DNA of 64,000 nt from Candidatus Thorarchaeota archaeon (GCA_016933575.1 JAFGAR010000146.1:1-64000), one strand, 5' to 3'; counted from the first letter of the stretch, positions 17,562 through 27,348 are shown. The notes: a model not told the origin generated them from the letters alone. Translations and numbers: made by a program.

Positions 17562-18395
17562 ATGAAGGAGTTCATCGTCAGACATCAATTAGCATTATTC
17601 GGCCTAATCACTCTGATAATTGGGTGGTTCTGGTGGGGTCAGATGGCCTTACACCTCTGGCCTGCAGAATATATCATTATTCCCTCAACGCTCGGAGGTA
17701 TCTCCCCAATCCTTACTCTTGTGATTCTCCAAAAAATCTCACAGCGTGAAGTGGATCTAGATGGAATTGTGAAGACAGCAAAGGTCGGATTTACTCATTT
17801 TCCGTGGCTCTTTATTGCTGCATTCATTCTTCCGACCGTCATAACACTTGGCAATCTTCTAAACTATGTTCTTGGATTCGAGACCGCGCTTCTTCTCCTA
17901 AATCCTGATCCTGCTGAATTGGGTTGGGCTTTGTTAGCCATCATCCCTATCACCTTTTTCCCTGGACTGATCACCAGTCCACTCTTTGAGGAGACGGGGT
18001 GGCGTGGATTTGCTTTGCCCAAACTACAAGCTAAATTTGGTCGTGAACTGGGGAGTCTTCTTGTTGGTTCGTTCTGGTGGCTCTGGCATCAGATGTCTAA
18101 CATATCCTTTGGTATCTTCCCCTCAGTATTGGGATATCTAACTATGTTGGGACAATCATTTGCAATAGATTCTATGTTCAACTTATCGAGGCGGAATCTG
18201 CTTGTTGCAATGTTTGCCCACGAGTCGCTCTTCATAACATTCACATATCTCTATAGAACTGGCAATGAGTTTGGTTCAATCCTAATTCTTGGGTTAATTT
18301 GGTTGTCTGTTCTTGTCCTAAGGATTGGAGAAAGAATCTGTGGATATCCAACGGAATTGAACCATCCCTTAACGTGTACTGATTCAGACAACTAA
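17562..18395 (+). CDS. CPBP family intramembrane glutamic endopeptidase (Abi/Rce1-like)
   Basis: EETGWRG, WWLWH, FAHES motifs. Confidence 0.9.
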   Translation: MKEFIVRHQLALFGLITLIIGWFWWGQMALHLWPAEYIIIPSTLGGISPILTLVILQKISQREVDLDGIVKTAKVGFTHFPWLFIAAFILPTVITLGNLLNYVLGFETALLLLNPDPAELGWALLAIIPITFFPGLITSPLFEETGWRGFALPKLQAKFGRELGSLLVGSFWWLWHQMSNISFGIFPSVLGYLTMLGQSFAIDSMFNLSRRNLLVAMFAHESLFITFTYLYRTGNEFGSILILGLIWLSVLVLRIGERICGYPTELNHPLTCTDSDN

Positions 18396-18521
18396 TCGTG
18401 CAGATTTGTATAGTCCCCTATCGATTAGAATAATAAGAGATACGAGTGATATTGTCCTAACAGCTCACTAGGCTGAGAAACCATACCCCTCCGATTCAAC
18501 CAGTAACGGGAGTCAAATAGC

Positions 18522-19925
18522 ATGCATGAAAATCTAAAGAGATTCAAGAAAGCCAAACCTGTTCATCCTGTCCTGTATAGAACAATCAGACCATTCAGAG
18601 AGTTTATTCGAATCGAGGCATCTGGCGGCATAATCGTTGTTGCCTGCCTGCTGATAGCTCTACTATGGGTCAATTTGCCAATAGGATCAACATACGACAT
18701 GCTCTGGGAAACTCGTTTCTCAATTGCTATTGGTAATTTTATTCTTGATGAGCCATTGGGTTTTTGGGTCAATGATCTTCTTATGGCCATATTCTTCTTC
18801 CTTATTGGCCTTGAAATAAAGCGAGAACTGCTCATCGGCTGGTTGTGCTCTTTCCAGCAAGCCATTCTTCCAGTCATTGCAGCATTTGGTGCTATGACAA
18901 TCCCGGCTCTAATCTATGTACTGTTTAATCCCCCAGGTAGTCCTGGTTCCATGGGTTGGGCAATCCCGATGGCTACAGATATAGCGATATGTCTGGGCAT
19001 TTTAAATCTCTTTGGAAACAAGATTCCTACTCCAACAAAGGTGTTTCTTACTACTCTAGCAATAGTCGATGACTTGGCTGGCATATTGGTCATTGCAATA
19101 TTTTATTCACATGGTCTACATATCGAATATCTCTTATTGAGTATTGTACTAGCTGTATCACTAATTGGACTCAATCGACTCGGCATTCGCAGACTTGTTC
19201 CGTATTTGTTGATAGGCGCCTTACTCTGGACTTCTCTCCTCCTCGGAGGCATTCATCCAACAATTGCTGGTGTTCTCCTTGCAGTGAGTATCCCTGCAAC
19301 GACGAAGATCAACTATGAGGAATTCAAGGATATTAATGACCAGTTATATGGTCGACTCGAGAAAATAGTCAGTTGTGCACCTGAGGAAGTTGATACCAAA
19401 GCCTTCCTGAACACAACAAATACGCTTGAGAGGGCCTGTCGAGATGCTGAGGCTCCCCTCCAACGTACTGAAATCATGCTTGCGCCTTGGGTTGCTTTCT
19501 TCATTGTACCCCTCTTTGTTCTTGCTAATGCAGGTGTTAGAATTGAGTCGAACCTCCTCGAACTCTTCACACACCCTGTTACTTTGGGGATTATCTTTGG
19601 GCTTGTCATTGGCAAACCACTGGGTGTAATCTCAAGTATCTGGTTGATAGAAAAGACCGGTCGTATCCAGGTTTCTGCTGCCTTTAATCGAGAACTTCTA
19701 GTTGGTATCTCATTATTGACTGGTATCGGATTCACAATATCACTTTTCATCTCGGGTCTATCCTTCGCACCTGGTGTCTTATTGGAATCAGCGAAGACCG
19801 GTATCTTGATTGCAGCCCTTATATCTGGCATTCTTGCTCTGTTCACACTCAGACGAGCAGTAGGAAAGATAGAATCTGCAAAGAAAGAAGAAATTGTGAT
19901 GCAGATCTCCGCACATCCCACCTAG
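18522..19925 (+). CDS. nhaA: Na+/H+ antiporter NhaA
   Basis: NDLLMAIFF, GLEIKRE, GWAIPMATDIA, LAIVDD, GKPLG. Confidence 0.95.
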   Translation: MHENLKRFKKAKPVHPVLYRTIRPFREFIRIEASGGIIVVACLLIALLWVNLPIGSTYDMLWETRFSIAIGNFILDEPLGFWVNDLLMAIFFFLIGLEIKRELLIGWLCSFQQAILPVIAAFGAMTIPALIYVLFNPPGSPGSMGWAIPMATDIAICLGILNLFGNKIPTPTKVFLTTLAIVDDLAGILVIAIFYSHGLHIEYLLLSIVLAVSLIGLNRLGIRRLVPYLLIGALLWTSLLLGGIHPTIAGVLLAVSIPATTKINYEEFKDINDQLYGRLEKIVSCAPEEVDTKAFLNTTNTLERACRDAEAPLQRTEIMLAPWVAFFIVPLFVLANAGVRIESNLLELFTHPVTLGIIFGLVIGKPLGVISSIWLIEKTGRIQVSAAFNRELLVGISLLTGIGFTISLFISGLSFAPGVLLESAKTGILIAALISGILALFTLRRAVGKIESAKKEEIVMQISAHPT

Positions 19926-20101
19926 ACAACAAGAATCTACCTCAGGCTGCCCCAACTATACATGACAGCAGTGGGTCTTCGCAGAGATAGGAAATTTACA
20001 TGGTCTGTACCATATTGACCTATTGAAAGCATGTAGAGCATCAAATCGACAATGTAAAAGGATATATCATTTTTTTACACAATTTTGTAGCTAGTTGGCG
20101 A

Positions 20102-20491
20102 TTGCTAATCATGAATGTAAGTAAAGCAACAGATTCAAACACAAATTCCCCAATGACTGAGATGTTCTCTCATCTGGGGCGTCCCTGTACAGTTCCTCTC
20201 ATTTTTGCGCTCGGTGAGCGTTCGTACAATGCCAACATTCGCGAGTTGCGAAACAGTATTGATATGAGTGACGGTAAGAGACTAAGCGAGTCTACAATCT
20301 CGAAATGTCTAACTGACCTTACTCAGATCGGTATTGTTGAAGGAACTGAACATGCACACTCTCCCCCGAAGGCAGAATACTGTCTGACCTCAACAGGTCA
20401 ACAGCTCTATAGACACCTTCTCCAGATACGACATCTGGCTGAAAGAGCCTCTTCGGAACCAAATTTCCTTGATAGCATGTCTGCCTGCTAA
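20102..20491 (+). CDS. HxlR-like winged-helix regulator
   Basis: LSESTISKCLTDL...PPKAEYCLTSTG. Confidence 0.75.
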   Translation: MLIMNVSKATDSNTNSPMTEMFSHLGRPCTVPLIFALGERSYNANIRELRNSIDMSDGKRLSESTISKCLTDLTQIGIVEGTEHAHSPPKAEYCLTSTGQQLYRHLLQIRHLAERASSEPNFLDSMSAC

Positions 20492-20507
20492 GGATTTTTT
20501 GGGGGTC

Positions 20508-20548
20508 GGCTAGAGCCCCTCAGGGCTCTGCCACCATCATTTCTTTTT
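20508..20548 (+). terminator. GC hairpin plus T-rich tract after HxlR gene
   Basis: GGCTAGAGCCC-CTCA-GGGCTCTGCC followed by TTTCTTTTT. Confidence 0.55.
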
Positions 20549-20645
20549 CAAATACATGGAAACCTTCAGCTCTGATGGGTTTCATCATTTTCATACTCTG
20601 AAACTTCTGGAAATCCCTATATACTAACTTCAAGGGAAAACGCCT

Positions 20646-20848
20646 GCCAATGAATAGGATGTGTATTCGACTACAAGGGAGTTTTCACTACTGACAGTGC
20701 TTGCTGACATCGCACTGCCAATGGTCTAGGTCGTACACTCATTGGTGATCTTTTCTAACAGACTGAACAATGAGTTCTAGCTCATTCTCTATGTGACAAC
20801 TTCTCTGAGTTCTGTCTGCACATCTCATTCGTATTAGGAGGTAAGAAA
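20646..20848 (+). promoter_or_regulatory. Structured 5' leader, candidate riboswitch/attenuator of the homocysteine-asd-aspartokinase operon
   Basis: TATATA at ~20618; nested helices 20646-20746; alternative pairings; SD GGAGGT 20837-20842. Confidence 0.5.
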
Positions 20849-22207
20849 ATGAAAGAGAACGAGAAATCTATTGAAGAGATCAACATCAGAATTGCTGATG
20901 GAAATGCACGTGTCGTCACTGCGGATGAGATGGTCAAGATCGTCGCAGAGATGAGTGTTGATGAAGTAGTACATGAAGTCGATGTTGTCACAACGGGTAC
21001 GTTTGGTGCGATGTGCTCTTCCGGAGTCTGGATGAACTTCGGACATTCTGAACCTCCTATGAAAATGTCCAGGGTCTGGCTGAATGATGTAGAGGCCTAC
21101 TCGTCCGTGGCTGCTGTTGACGCCTATCTTGGAGCAACACAACCTTCACGGAGCCTAGGAATTGAATATGGCGGAGGTCATGTCATTGAAGACCTTGTTC
21201 GAGGAAGATCTGTCCGTCTTGAGGCAGAAGGTACATCCTCTGATTGCTACCCACTAAAGAGTCTCTCAGCTGATATCAAACTTGAAGACATGAATCAGGC
21301 TATCATGTCGAACCCTCGCAATTGCTATGAGCGATATGGAGCAGCAACAAACACATCTGATCGCGCCATCAATACATACATGGGGCGACTGCTGCCTTCC
21401 ATGGGGAACGCTACCTATTCTGGAGCGGGAGAACTCTCCCCAATAATCAATGATCCCACTTTTCAGACCGTTGGAATTGGTACTCGAATTCTTCTTGGAG
21501 GTACTGAAGGTTATGTCATCGGCAGTGGTACTCAGCACAATCCTAGTGATGGATTTGGAATCCTTATGGTCCAGGGCAATCTCAAGCAGATGAGTCCTGA
21601 GTTTCTCCGAGGCGCTACTCTGACTGGGTATGGTCCAACACTCTATGTGGGCGTTGGAGTACCGATACCCGTCATCAATGCAGAAGTTGTCAGGAGTACA
21701 GCAGTAGCGGATGGCGATATTGTCACAGATGTCTATGATTACGGTATTCAATCCCGGGATAGACCGACTCTAGCCAAGGTCACTTATGAAGAACTGAAGT
21801 CCGGAATGATTGAGATCAATGGAACAATGGTTCAGACATCAGCACTCTCGAGCTTCAGGAATGCCTTAATGATTGCCAGAAGATTGAGAGACCTGATTCT
21901 GCAAAAGAAATTCTTCCTGACTGAACCTGTTGAGCTACTGAAATCCGAAGGTACTGCATATCCAATGCGCCAGCGAGTCAGGAATGACGCACGAGACCCG
22001 CAGATTGCAGTGAATCACTATTCGGAGTACTATGTTCAACGTGATGAAACAAATTGTGTTCACTGTGGATTATGTGTTCCATACTGCTCAGCTGGAGTGT
22101 TTCAGCAGAATGTTGACTGGACAGTGTCCTATGAACCAAGTCGATGTGTAGAGTGCGGCGAGTGTCGAGATGTCTGTCCTCAACGTGCTATTCATCTTCG
22201 AGGGTGA
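20849..22207 (+). CDS. Homocysteine biosynthesis protein (DUF39, aspartate-semialdehyde sulfurtransferase) fused to 2[4Fe-4S] ferredoxin
   Basis: VDVVTTGTFGAMCSSG, YGGGHVIEDL, TYMG; C-terminal CVHCGLCVPYC and CVECGECRDVCP. Confidence 0.9.
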   Translation: MKENEKSIEEINIRIADGNARVVTADEMVKIVAEMSVDEVVHEVDVVTTGTFGAMCSSGVWMNFGHSEPPMKMSRVWLNDVEAYSSVAAVDAYLGATQPSRSLGIEYGGGHVIEDLVRGRSVRLEAEGTSSDCYPLKSLSADIKLEDMNQAIMSNPRNCYERYGAATNTSDRAINTYMGRLLPSMGNATYSGAGELSPIINDPTFQTVGIGTRILLGGTEGYVIGSGTQHNPSDGFGILMVQGNLKQMSPEFLRGATLTGYGPTLYVGVGVPIPVINAEVVRSTAVADGDIVTDVYDYGIQSRDRPTLAKVTYEELKSGMIEINGTMVQTSALSSFRNALMIARRLRDLILQKKFFLTEPVELLKSEGTAYPMRQRVRNDARDPQIAVNHYSEYYVQRDETNCVHCGLCVPYCSAGVFQQNVDWTVSYEPSRCVECGECRDVCPQRAIHLRG

Positions 22208-22218
22208 GGTGATGCAAA

Positions 22219-22947
22219 ATGGAACGATATTATCTCAGAATTGGAGAGACTATAGCTACGCTCATCTCCGAACCAGAATACCACTCGATAGCAGAGCATG
22301 CCGTACGATTCGCGCGACGACAGGTTATTGACTACATAGAAAAAGTGCCAGAATTCAAGACAAGCTATGCACCTCTGGAGATTAAAGACAATGCTCCTGA
22401 TATTGTGCAGTCCATGGGCCGAGCAGCTTTCAAGACAAACGTAGGTCCAATGGCTGCAGTCGCTGGTGCTATCGCTCAATTTGCTATAGAAAGTATGATG
22501 GATGCAGGTGCCAGCCATGTAGTCTTTGACAATGGAGGGGACATAGCAATGTATCTCGACCATCCCATCATTGTCGGACTCTATACTGGTACGAAAGGTC
22601 CACAGGGGCTTGGTTTCAAAGTGACTAGGACTGGAACACTCCTTGGTCTCTGTACCTCATCCGCAACAATTGGACACTCGTTCAGTTTTGGGAACACCGA
22701 TTCTTCAACTGTCTATGCTACTGATGTGGCTCTTGCCGATGCATACGCAACTGCTCTAGGAAACGCAGTCACAATCCCTGACTATACTCTCATTGAATCT
22801 TCGCTTCGGGGTGTGATGATTCCGGGTATTCTTGGAGCAATGGTGACAATCGATGATGCTGTTGGCACCTGTGGCATGCTACCTGAGTTGGTCCAGGCTC
22901 GGGTCGACTATGATTTAATCTCAAAGGGTCTGGGGGGATATGAGTGA
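22219..22947 (+). CDS. UPF0280/COG2122 ApbE-like sulfide-assimilation protein
   Basis: VGPMAAVAGAIA, DNGGDIA, CTSSATIGHSFSFG, ADAYATALGN. Confidence 0.9.
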   Translation: MERYYLRIGETIATLISEPEYHSIAEHAVRFARRQVIDYIEKVPEFKTSYAPLEIKDNAPDIVQSMGRAAFKTNVGPMAAVAGAIAQFAIESMMDAGASHVVFDNGGDIAMYLDHPIIVGLYTGTKGPQGLGFKVTRTGTLLGLCTSSATIGHSFSFGNTDSSTVYATDVALADAYATALGNAVTIPDYTLIESSLRGVMIPGILGAMVTIDDAVGTCGMLPELVQARVDYDLISKGLGGYE

Positions 22948-23999
22948 AGAAACTAAGAGCGTGTATCCTTGGTGCTACAGGGATTGTTGGGCAGCACTTC
23001 ATTCGAATCTTGGCTGACCATCCATTCTTTGAGATAGAAGCATTGACTGCATCGCCTCGTTCTCAGGGTCATGAGTATGGCAGACAAGTAGACTGGCTTG
23101 TATCTGAGAGAGTCCCTGAGATTGTGCAGGAGATGGTCATTCAGGACACATGTGCGGATACTGTGTTGAGACTTGACCCGGACATAGTCTTCAGTGCACT
23201 ACCAAGTGGAATCGCCTCAGATATTGAAGCTCAATTGGCCACTGCTGGCCTACCAGTCTTCTCCAATACTGGTGCTCACCGGATGGACTCCTCAGTTCCC
23301 ATATTGATACCTGAGGTCAATCCGGACCATCTGGAATTGATCAAATATCAGGACCTAGGTGATGGTTACATTGTCACAAACTCAAACTGCTCTACTTCAG
23401 GCTTGGTTCTGGCTCTCAGACCCCTGATGGAATTAGGCGTGCGTAAGCTCACTGTGACTACGTTTCAAGCAGTCTCAGGAGCGGGAAGACGGGGTGTGTC
23501 ATCTCTGGACATCCTAGGAAATGTCATCCCCTTCATCACAAACGAGGAAGCGAAGATTGTGGGAGAGACCAAGAAGATACTAGGCACCAGGTCTACAGGT
23601 GAGGTCATTCCAGCTCCTATCGATGTGAATGCAAGTTGTGCAAGAGTGCCCGTCTTAGATGGACACCTTGAGAGTGTCGTTATAGATATGGATGAACCTG
23701 TTTCAATTGACAGAGTGGTCGAGTTACTGGAGAACTTTACCGGCGAACCACAGGCTCTTACTCTTCCAATGGCTCCCAGTAGACCCCTTGTGGTCCTTCA
23801 TGAGAATGACCGGCCGCAACCCAAGAGAGACCTCTCCTTAGGGTCTGGCGATCTGGGGATGACCGTAAAGCTGGGTCGCCTCCGCTGTCAGGGCAACCAG
23901 CTCAACATGTTTCTCTTGGTCCATAATACCATACGTGGCGCAGCAGGTGCCTCTGTGCTTAATGCTGAGTTTGCACGAGCAAAGGGGGTGTTGGCGTGA
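22944..23999 (+). CDS. asd: Aspartate-semialdehyde dehydrogenase
   Basis: LGATGIVGQ, PEVN, NSNCST, QAVSGAG, HNTIRGAAG. Confidence 0.95.
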   Translation: MKKLRACILGATGIVGQHFIRILADHPFFEIEALTASPRSQGHEYGRQVDWLVSERVPEIVQEMVIQDTCADTVLRLDPDIVFSALPSGIASDIEAQLATAGLPVFSNTGAHRMDSSVPILIPEVNPDHLELIKYQDLGDGYIVTNSNCSTSGLVLALRPLMELGVRKLTVTTFQAVSGAGRRGVSSLDILGNVIPFITNEEAKIVGETKKILGTRSTGEVIPAPIDVNASCARVPVLDGHLESVVIDMDEPVSIDRVVELLENFTGEPQALTLPMAPSRPLVVLHENDRPQPKRDLSLGSGDLGMTVKLGRLRCQGNQLNMFLLVHNTIRGAAGASVLNAEFARAKGVLA

Positions 24000-25381
24000 G
24001 AGTGGCTAAATTCGGTGGTGGCTGTCTCAGAGATGCCTCCGATTTCTTACGTGTGGCTGAAATCATCAAGCAGGACCAAGCTGAAGGTGTTGTCGTTGTT
24101 GTGTCTGCAGTCTTCGGAGTCACTGATATGCTTTACAATGGTGCCAGATATGCTCTCAATTCCGAGGCAAGCATTCCTCAGACAATGAGAAATATTCGGA
24201 CAAGACATCTCGATATCATCGAAGCTGGAGTGCACAACCCTGTGATCATGGTTCAGGTCAAGAGACTCATCGAGGAACGGCTTCAGAAGCTCGAACGTCT
24301 TCTCTATGGGGTTGCCTATATCGGAGAACTAACAGAGTCGGTCAGAGTGCTCGTCCTTAGTCAAGGGGAACGTCTAGCTGCAGTAATTCTCGCTCATGTT
24401 CTGCAGGCTTCTGGCATTGATTCTGAGGTCTTGGAGACTGATTGCATTGGATTACTCACCGACAATGTGTTTGATGGTGCGAGTGCAAATCTATCAAGGG
24501 CTCGTTATAATATTCAACGCCAAGTCACTCCACTGATTACAAGTAATGCGACTCCAGTCATCACTGGCTTCTTTGGATGCAACGAGGCTGGTCAGACAAC
24601 GACCTTTGGAAGGAATGGCTCTGACTATAGCGCAGCAGTGATTGCCTGTGCTTTAGATGCCAGAGTCTTGGATATCTGGAAAGATGTCAATGGATTCATG
24701 ACAGCAGATCCCAAGATAATTGAACATGCAATACCAATCGAACTACTCTCCTACAGTGAGGCTGCTGAGCTGTCCTATTTTGGGGCTAAGATCTTGCATC
24801 CACGAACAGTGGAACCACTTCGTGATTCTAACATCGAGATCAATATCCGAAATATCCGCTCTCCCGACGGTCCACGAACTGTGATTTGGCCCAGAGGGCA
24901 AGCTGAGAGGGATGTGATAAAGAGCATTGCCTGCAATAGCGGAATCTCAGTCTTGAAGATTCATGGTGCTGGAGTTGGCTTTAAACCCGGAATAATAGGT
25001 GAGATTGGAAAGACTCTCTCACTTGTCAATATCAACATCTTCTCAGTGATCACCTCTCAGACCTGTATCAATCTATTACTCGATTCTCGTGACTCATTAA
25101 TGAGCCGGGATGCCCTTTTACCACTTGTCGGAGGTGTCATTGGTGAGATTGATGTCCGAGACGATCTAGCATTGATAGCAGTAGTTGGTGAAGGTCTCTT
25201 GACAACCCGGGGTCTTGCAGCTCGAGTGTTCTCTGCAGTGGCTGAGAGTGGGGTCAATGTAGAGATGTTCTCAGCTGGAGCCTCTGATGTAGCATATTAT
25301 TTCATTGTCAAACGAGAGGATATGGAGCCTGCAATACAGGCTGTGCACAGGAGCTTCTTCGAGTCTAAAGCAACAACATAG
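23996..25381 (+). CDS. lysC: Aspartate kinase with two ACT domains
   Basis: KFGG, GRNGSDYSA, DVNGFMTADP, YFGAKILHP. Confidence 0.92.
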   Translation: MRVAKFGGGCLRDASDFLRVAEIIKQDQAEGVVVVVSAVFGVTDMLYNGARYALNSEASIPQTMRNIRTRHLDIIEAGVHNPVIMVQVKRLIEERLQKLERLLYGVAYIGELTESVRVLVLSQGERLAAVILAHVLQASGIDSEVLETDCIGLLTDNVFDGASANLSRARYNIQRQVTPLITSNATPVITGFFGCNEAGQTTTFGRNGSDYSAAVIACALDARVLDIWKDVNGFMTADPKIIEHAIPIELLSYSEAAELSYFGAKILHPRTVEPLRDSNIEINIRNIRSPDGPRTVIWPRGQAERDVIKSIACNSGISVLKIHGAGVGFKPGIIGEIGKTLSLVNINIFSVITSQTCINLLLDSRDSLMSRDALLPLVGGVIGEIDVRDDLALIAVVGEGLLTTRGLAARVFSAVAESGVNVEMFSAGASDVAYYFIVKREDMEPAIQAVHRSFFESKATT

Positions 25382-25402
25382 TTCAAAGAAGCAACCACTC
25401 TG

Positions 25403-25427
25403 GGAGGGACCGCTCCCTCCTTTTTTT
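25403..25427 (+). terminator. Intrinsic terminator (hairpin plus T7)
   Basis: GGAGGGA-CCGC-TCCCTCC-TTTTTTT just after the aspartokinase stop. Confidence 0.8.
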
Positions 25428-25471
25428 CTAAATGAACAATTTTACATGGAGATCAATCACTAGTTGTTTGA

Positions 25472-26221
25472 TTGCCTATGTTCAAGAATACCATCGACTA
25501 TGACAAGGTCTCTAAAGTGTATGACCAAGTTCGAACTGGTGATCCTGAGATGGTGCATCAGATCTTAGATGGGGTCTCTGTGACACAGGACTCGTTAGTC
25601 TTGGACATGGGTTGTGGTACTGGGAACAATACACTACTTTTCGCTGTAGCTTCTCAATCCCTTGTTCTTGGCCTTGACATCTCCTTTGGTATGTTAGAGA
25701 AGGCTCATGAGAAAAAAAGTTCATTGCCTCTTGTTCAGGCTCCTGCAGACAACCTACCCTTCACCTCCGACTCTTTTGACCTCGTGTTCATGACTGAGGT
25801 CATCCATCATCTTCCTAATATCCTAGGTTCGTTCGAAGAGACCTATCGAATTCTGAAGAGACCTGGCTCTCTTTGCATTGTTACACAGTCTCATGCACAG
25901 ATTGACCACAGAATGACCTCCAGGTTCTTTCCAGCCTCTGCAAAGATAGACAAGGCTCGATATCCTGATGTTGATGAGATAGAAGATCTACTCTTCAAGA
26001 CTGGTTTCAATGAAGTCAATCCTATACCTTATGTGTTCAAGCCAGTGCGTCTTGGTAATGACTATCTCGAGACTGTGACAAAAAGAGGATACTCGATGCT
26101 CCATAAGATACATACGGAAGACTATGAGAGAGGTCTCAGAGATCTTCAGGTCGCCTTTGCATCTGGTGAGGAATTGAGTTACTCTGCAGAATATACTTTC
26201 ATCTGGAGCTACAAGAGATAG
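25472..26221 (+). CDS. SAM-dependent methyltransferase (type 11)
   Basis: VLDMGCGTG, ADNLPF, FDLVF. Confidence 0.9.
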   Translation: MPMFKNTIDYDKVSKVYDQVRTGDPEMVHQILDGVSVTQDSLVLDMGCGTGNNTLLFAVASQSLVLGLDISFGMLEKAHEKKSSLPLVQAPADNLPFTSDSFDLVFMTEVIHHLPNILGSFEETYRILKRPGSLCIVTQSHAQIDHRMTSRFFPASAKIDKARYPDVDEIEDLLFKTGFNEVNPIPYVFKPVRLGNDYLETVTKRGYSMLHKIHTEDYERGLRDLQVAFASGEELSYSAEYTFIWSYKR

Positions 26222-26224
26222 GAC

Positions 26225-26581
26225 TCATAGGACTAAAATGTTGATTGTACACTTACTCTCTACTTCGAAGCGGAAGAGTTCCTCAATGACAATAGTGGTT
26301 CGTCCCTTCTTGATTGCCTTAAAGAACCACTTTCCTCTCTCTGCATCTCCACCTGTCCATCCCGGTTTCTTCATATGTTCTGGATGGAGATACTCGGTCT
26401 CTGTGCCTTCATGTGTAATCACTGAGGTGTCTCCTATCGTGAATTGCGCATCTTCGCCGACTGACCCGTGCCTATGGAATTGGTAATAGAACTTGTTTCC
26501 CACATAAAATGCGATGATACTGTCATCACCAGCGCATGTGATTCTTTGAATCTCTTCTTCGTTTTCTGGTTTCATGTGCAC
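26225..26581 (-). CDS. Chagasin/I42-like protease-inhibitor-fold protein
   Basis: PGWTGGD...WFFKAIKKGRTTIVI resembles the I42 C-terminal motif. Confidence 0.5.
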   Translation of the reverse strand: MHMKPENEEEIQRITCAGDDSIIAFYVGNKFYYQFHRHGSVGEDAQFTIGDTSVITHEGTETEYLHPEHMKKPGWTGGDAERGKWFFKAIKKGRTTIVIEELFRFEVESKCTINILVL

Positions 26582-27348
26582 TATTCTCCTAGTCTTTGGA
26601 CAAGGGGTTTCTTTCCTCTGTATGCTTGTAGCACAAGGAATGCTATGATTAAACCAATGACTCCACCAATAGCTATTATCAATATTGTTGAGAGCTGCAG
26701 GTCCTCGCCCAAGATTGTTGGCATGCCCTCATACCAATGAACGAATATGACATCAATGATATCCGTACCTAGAGTTGAGTATCTATGTCTGAGATAATTC
26801 AGAGTGCCATTCTCTTTCTCATACCGCATCTCTACATAGACCGAAATAATGCTGTCATCGCTTGCTTGGAAGGAACCTGCGGCCTGAGTTCCCCACTCAT
26901 CTGCAGTATCAATGAGGGTAATCCCTTGAATTGATGTGAGATTGCCTATTGCTTCTAGGAACTCCCAGTCTCCAATTGGAATGACGAATCCTGAAGCATC
27001 CGTAATTATCGAGACCGAGTCGTTTGCTCGTCCCAGACTGCATGACGACGTTGGGACCTCTTCAGACTCATTGATGAGGCTTGGAATTGCATCTAGAGCA
27101 GTCACTCTCATGATGGCTTTCTCTCCAAGTGTGAGCCCGGCGAGATAGGGGATGTCGTATTCTACCACCGCCCTATACGCTTGGTCTGCAAAGAAATCTC
27201 TCTGTAGGACATAGGTGAACTCTTCATCTACGCTGACTCCCCACTCAAGAGTATTGTTTGACTGTGCAGTAACTGAACATGGTAGCCCAGTACTGATCAA
27301 GAGAAACATGATAATGGGTAGGGGTCTTAGTTTCAATGAATTCACCAC
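26581..27348 (-). CDS. Membrane-anchored surface protein
   Basis: Signal peptide, LEWGV, YEKENGTL, C-terminal TM with basic tail. Confidence 0.8.
   Translation of the reverse strand: MVNSLKLRPLPIIMFLLISTGLPCSVTAQSNNTLEWGVSVDEEFTYVLQRDFFADQAYRAVVEYDIPYLAGLTLGEKAIMRVTALDAIPSLINESEEVPTSSCSLGRANDSVSIITDASGFVIPIGDWEFLEAIGNLTSIQGITLIDTADEWGTQAAGSFQASDDSIISVYVEMRYEKENGTLNYLRHRYSTLGTDIIDVIFVHWYEGMPTILGEDLQLSTILIIAIGGVIGLIIAFLVLQAYRGKKPLVQRLGE

Noticed and set aside
18395-18522. nhaA-I/II riboswitch upstream of nhaA
   Set aside because: No convincing consensus or structure recognised.
19313-19921. 202-aa antisense ORF and the many other 60-170 aa overlapping ORFs in the track
   Set aside because: Shadow frames of well-supported genes with no motifs of their own.
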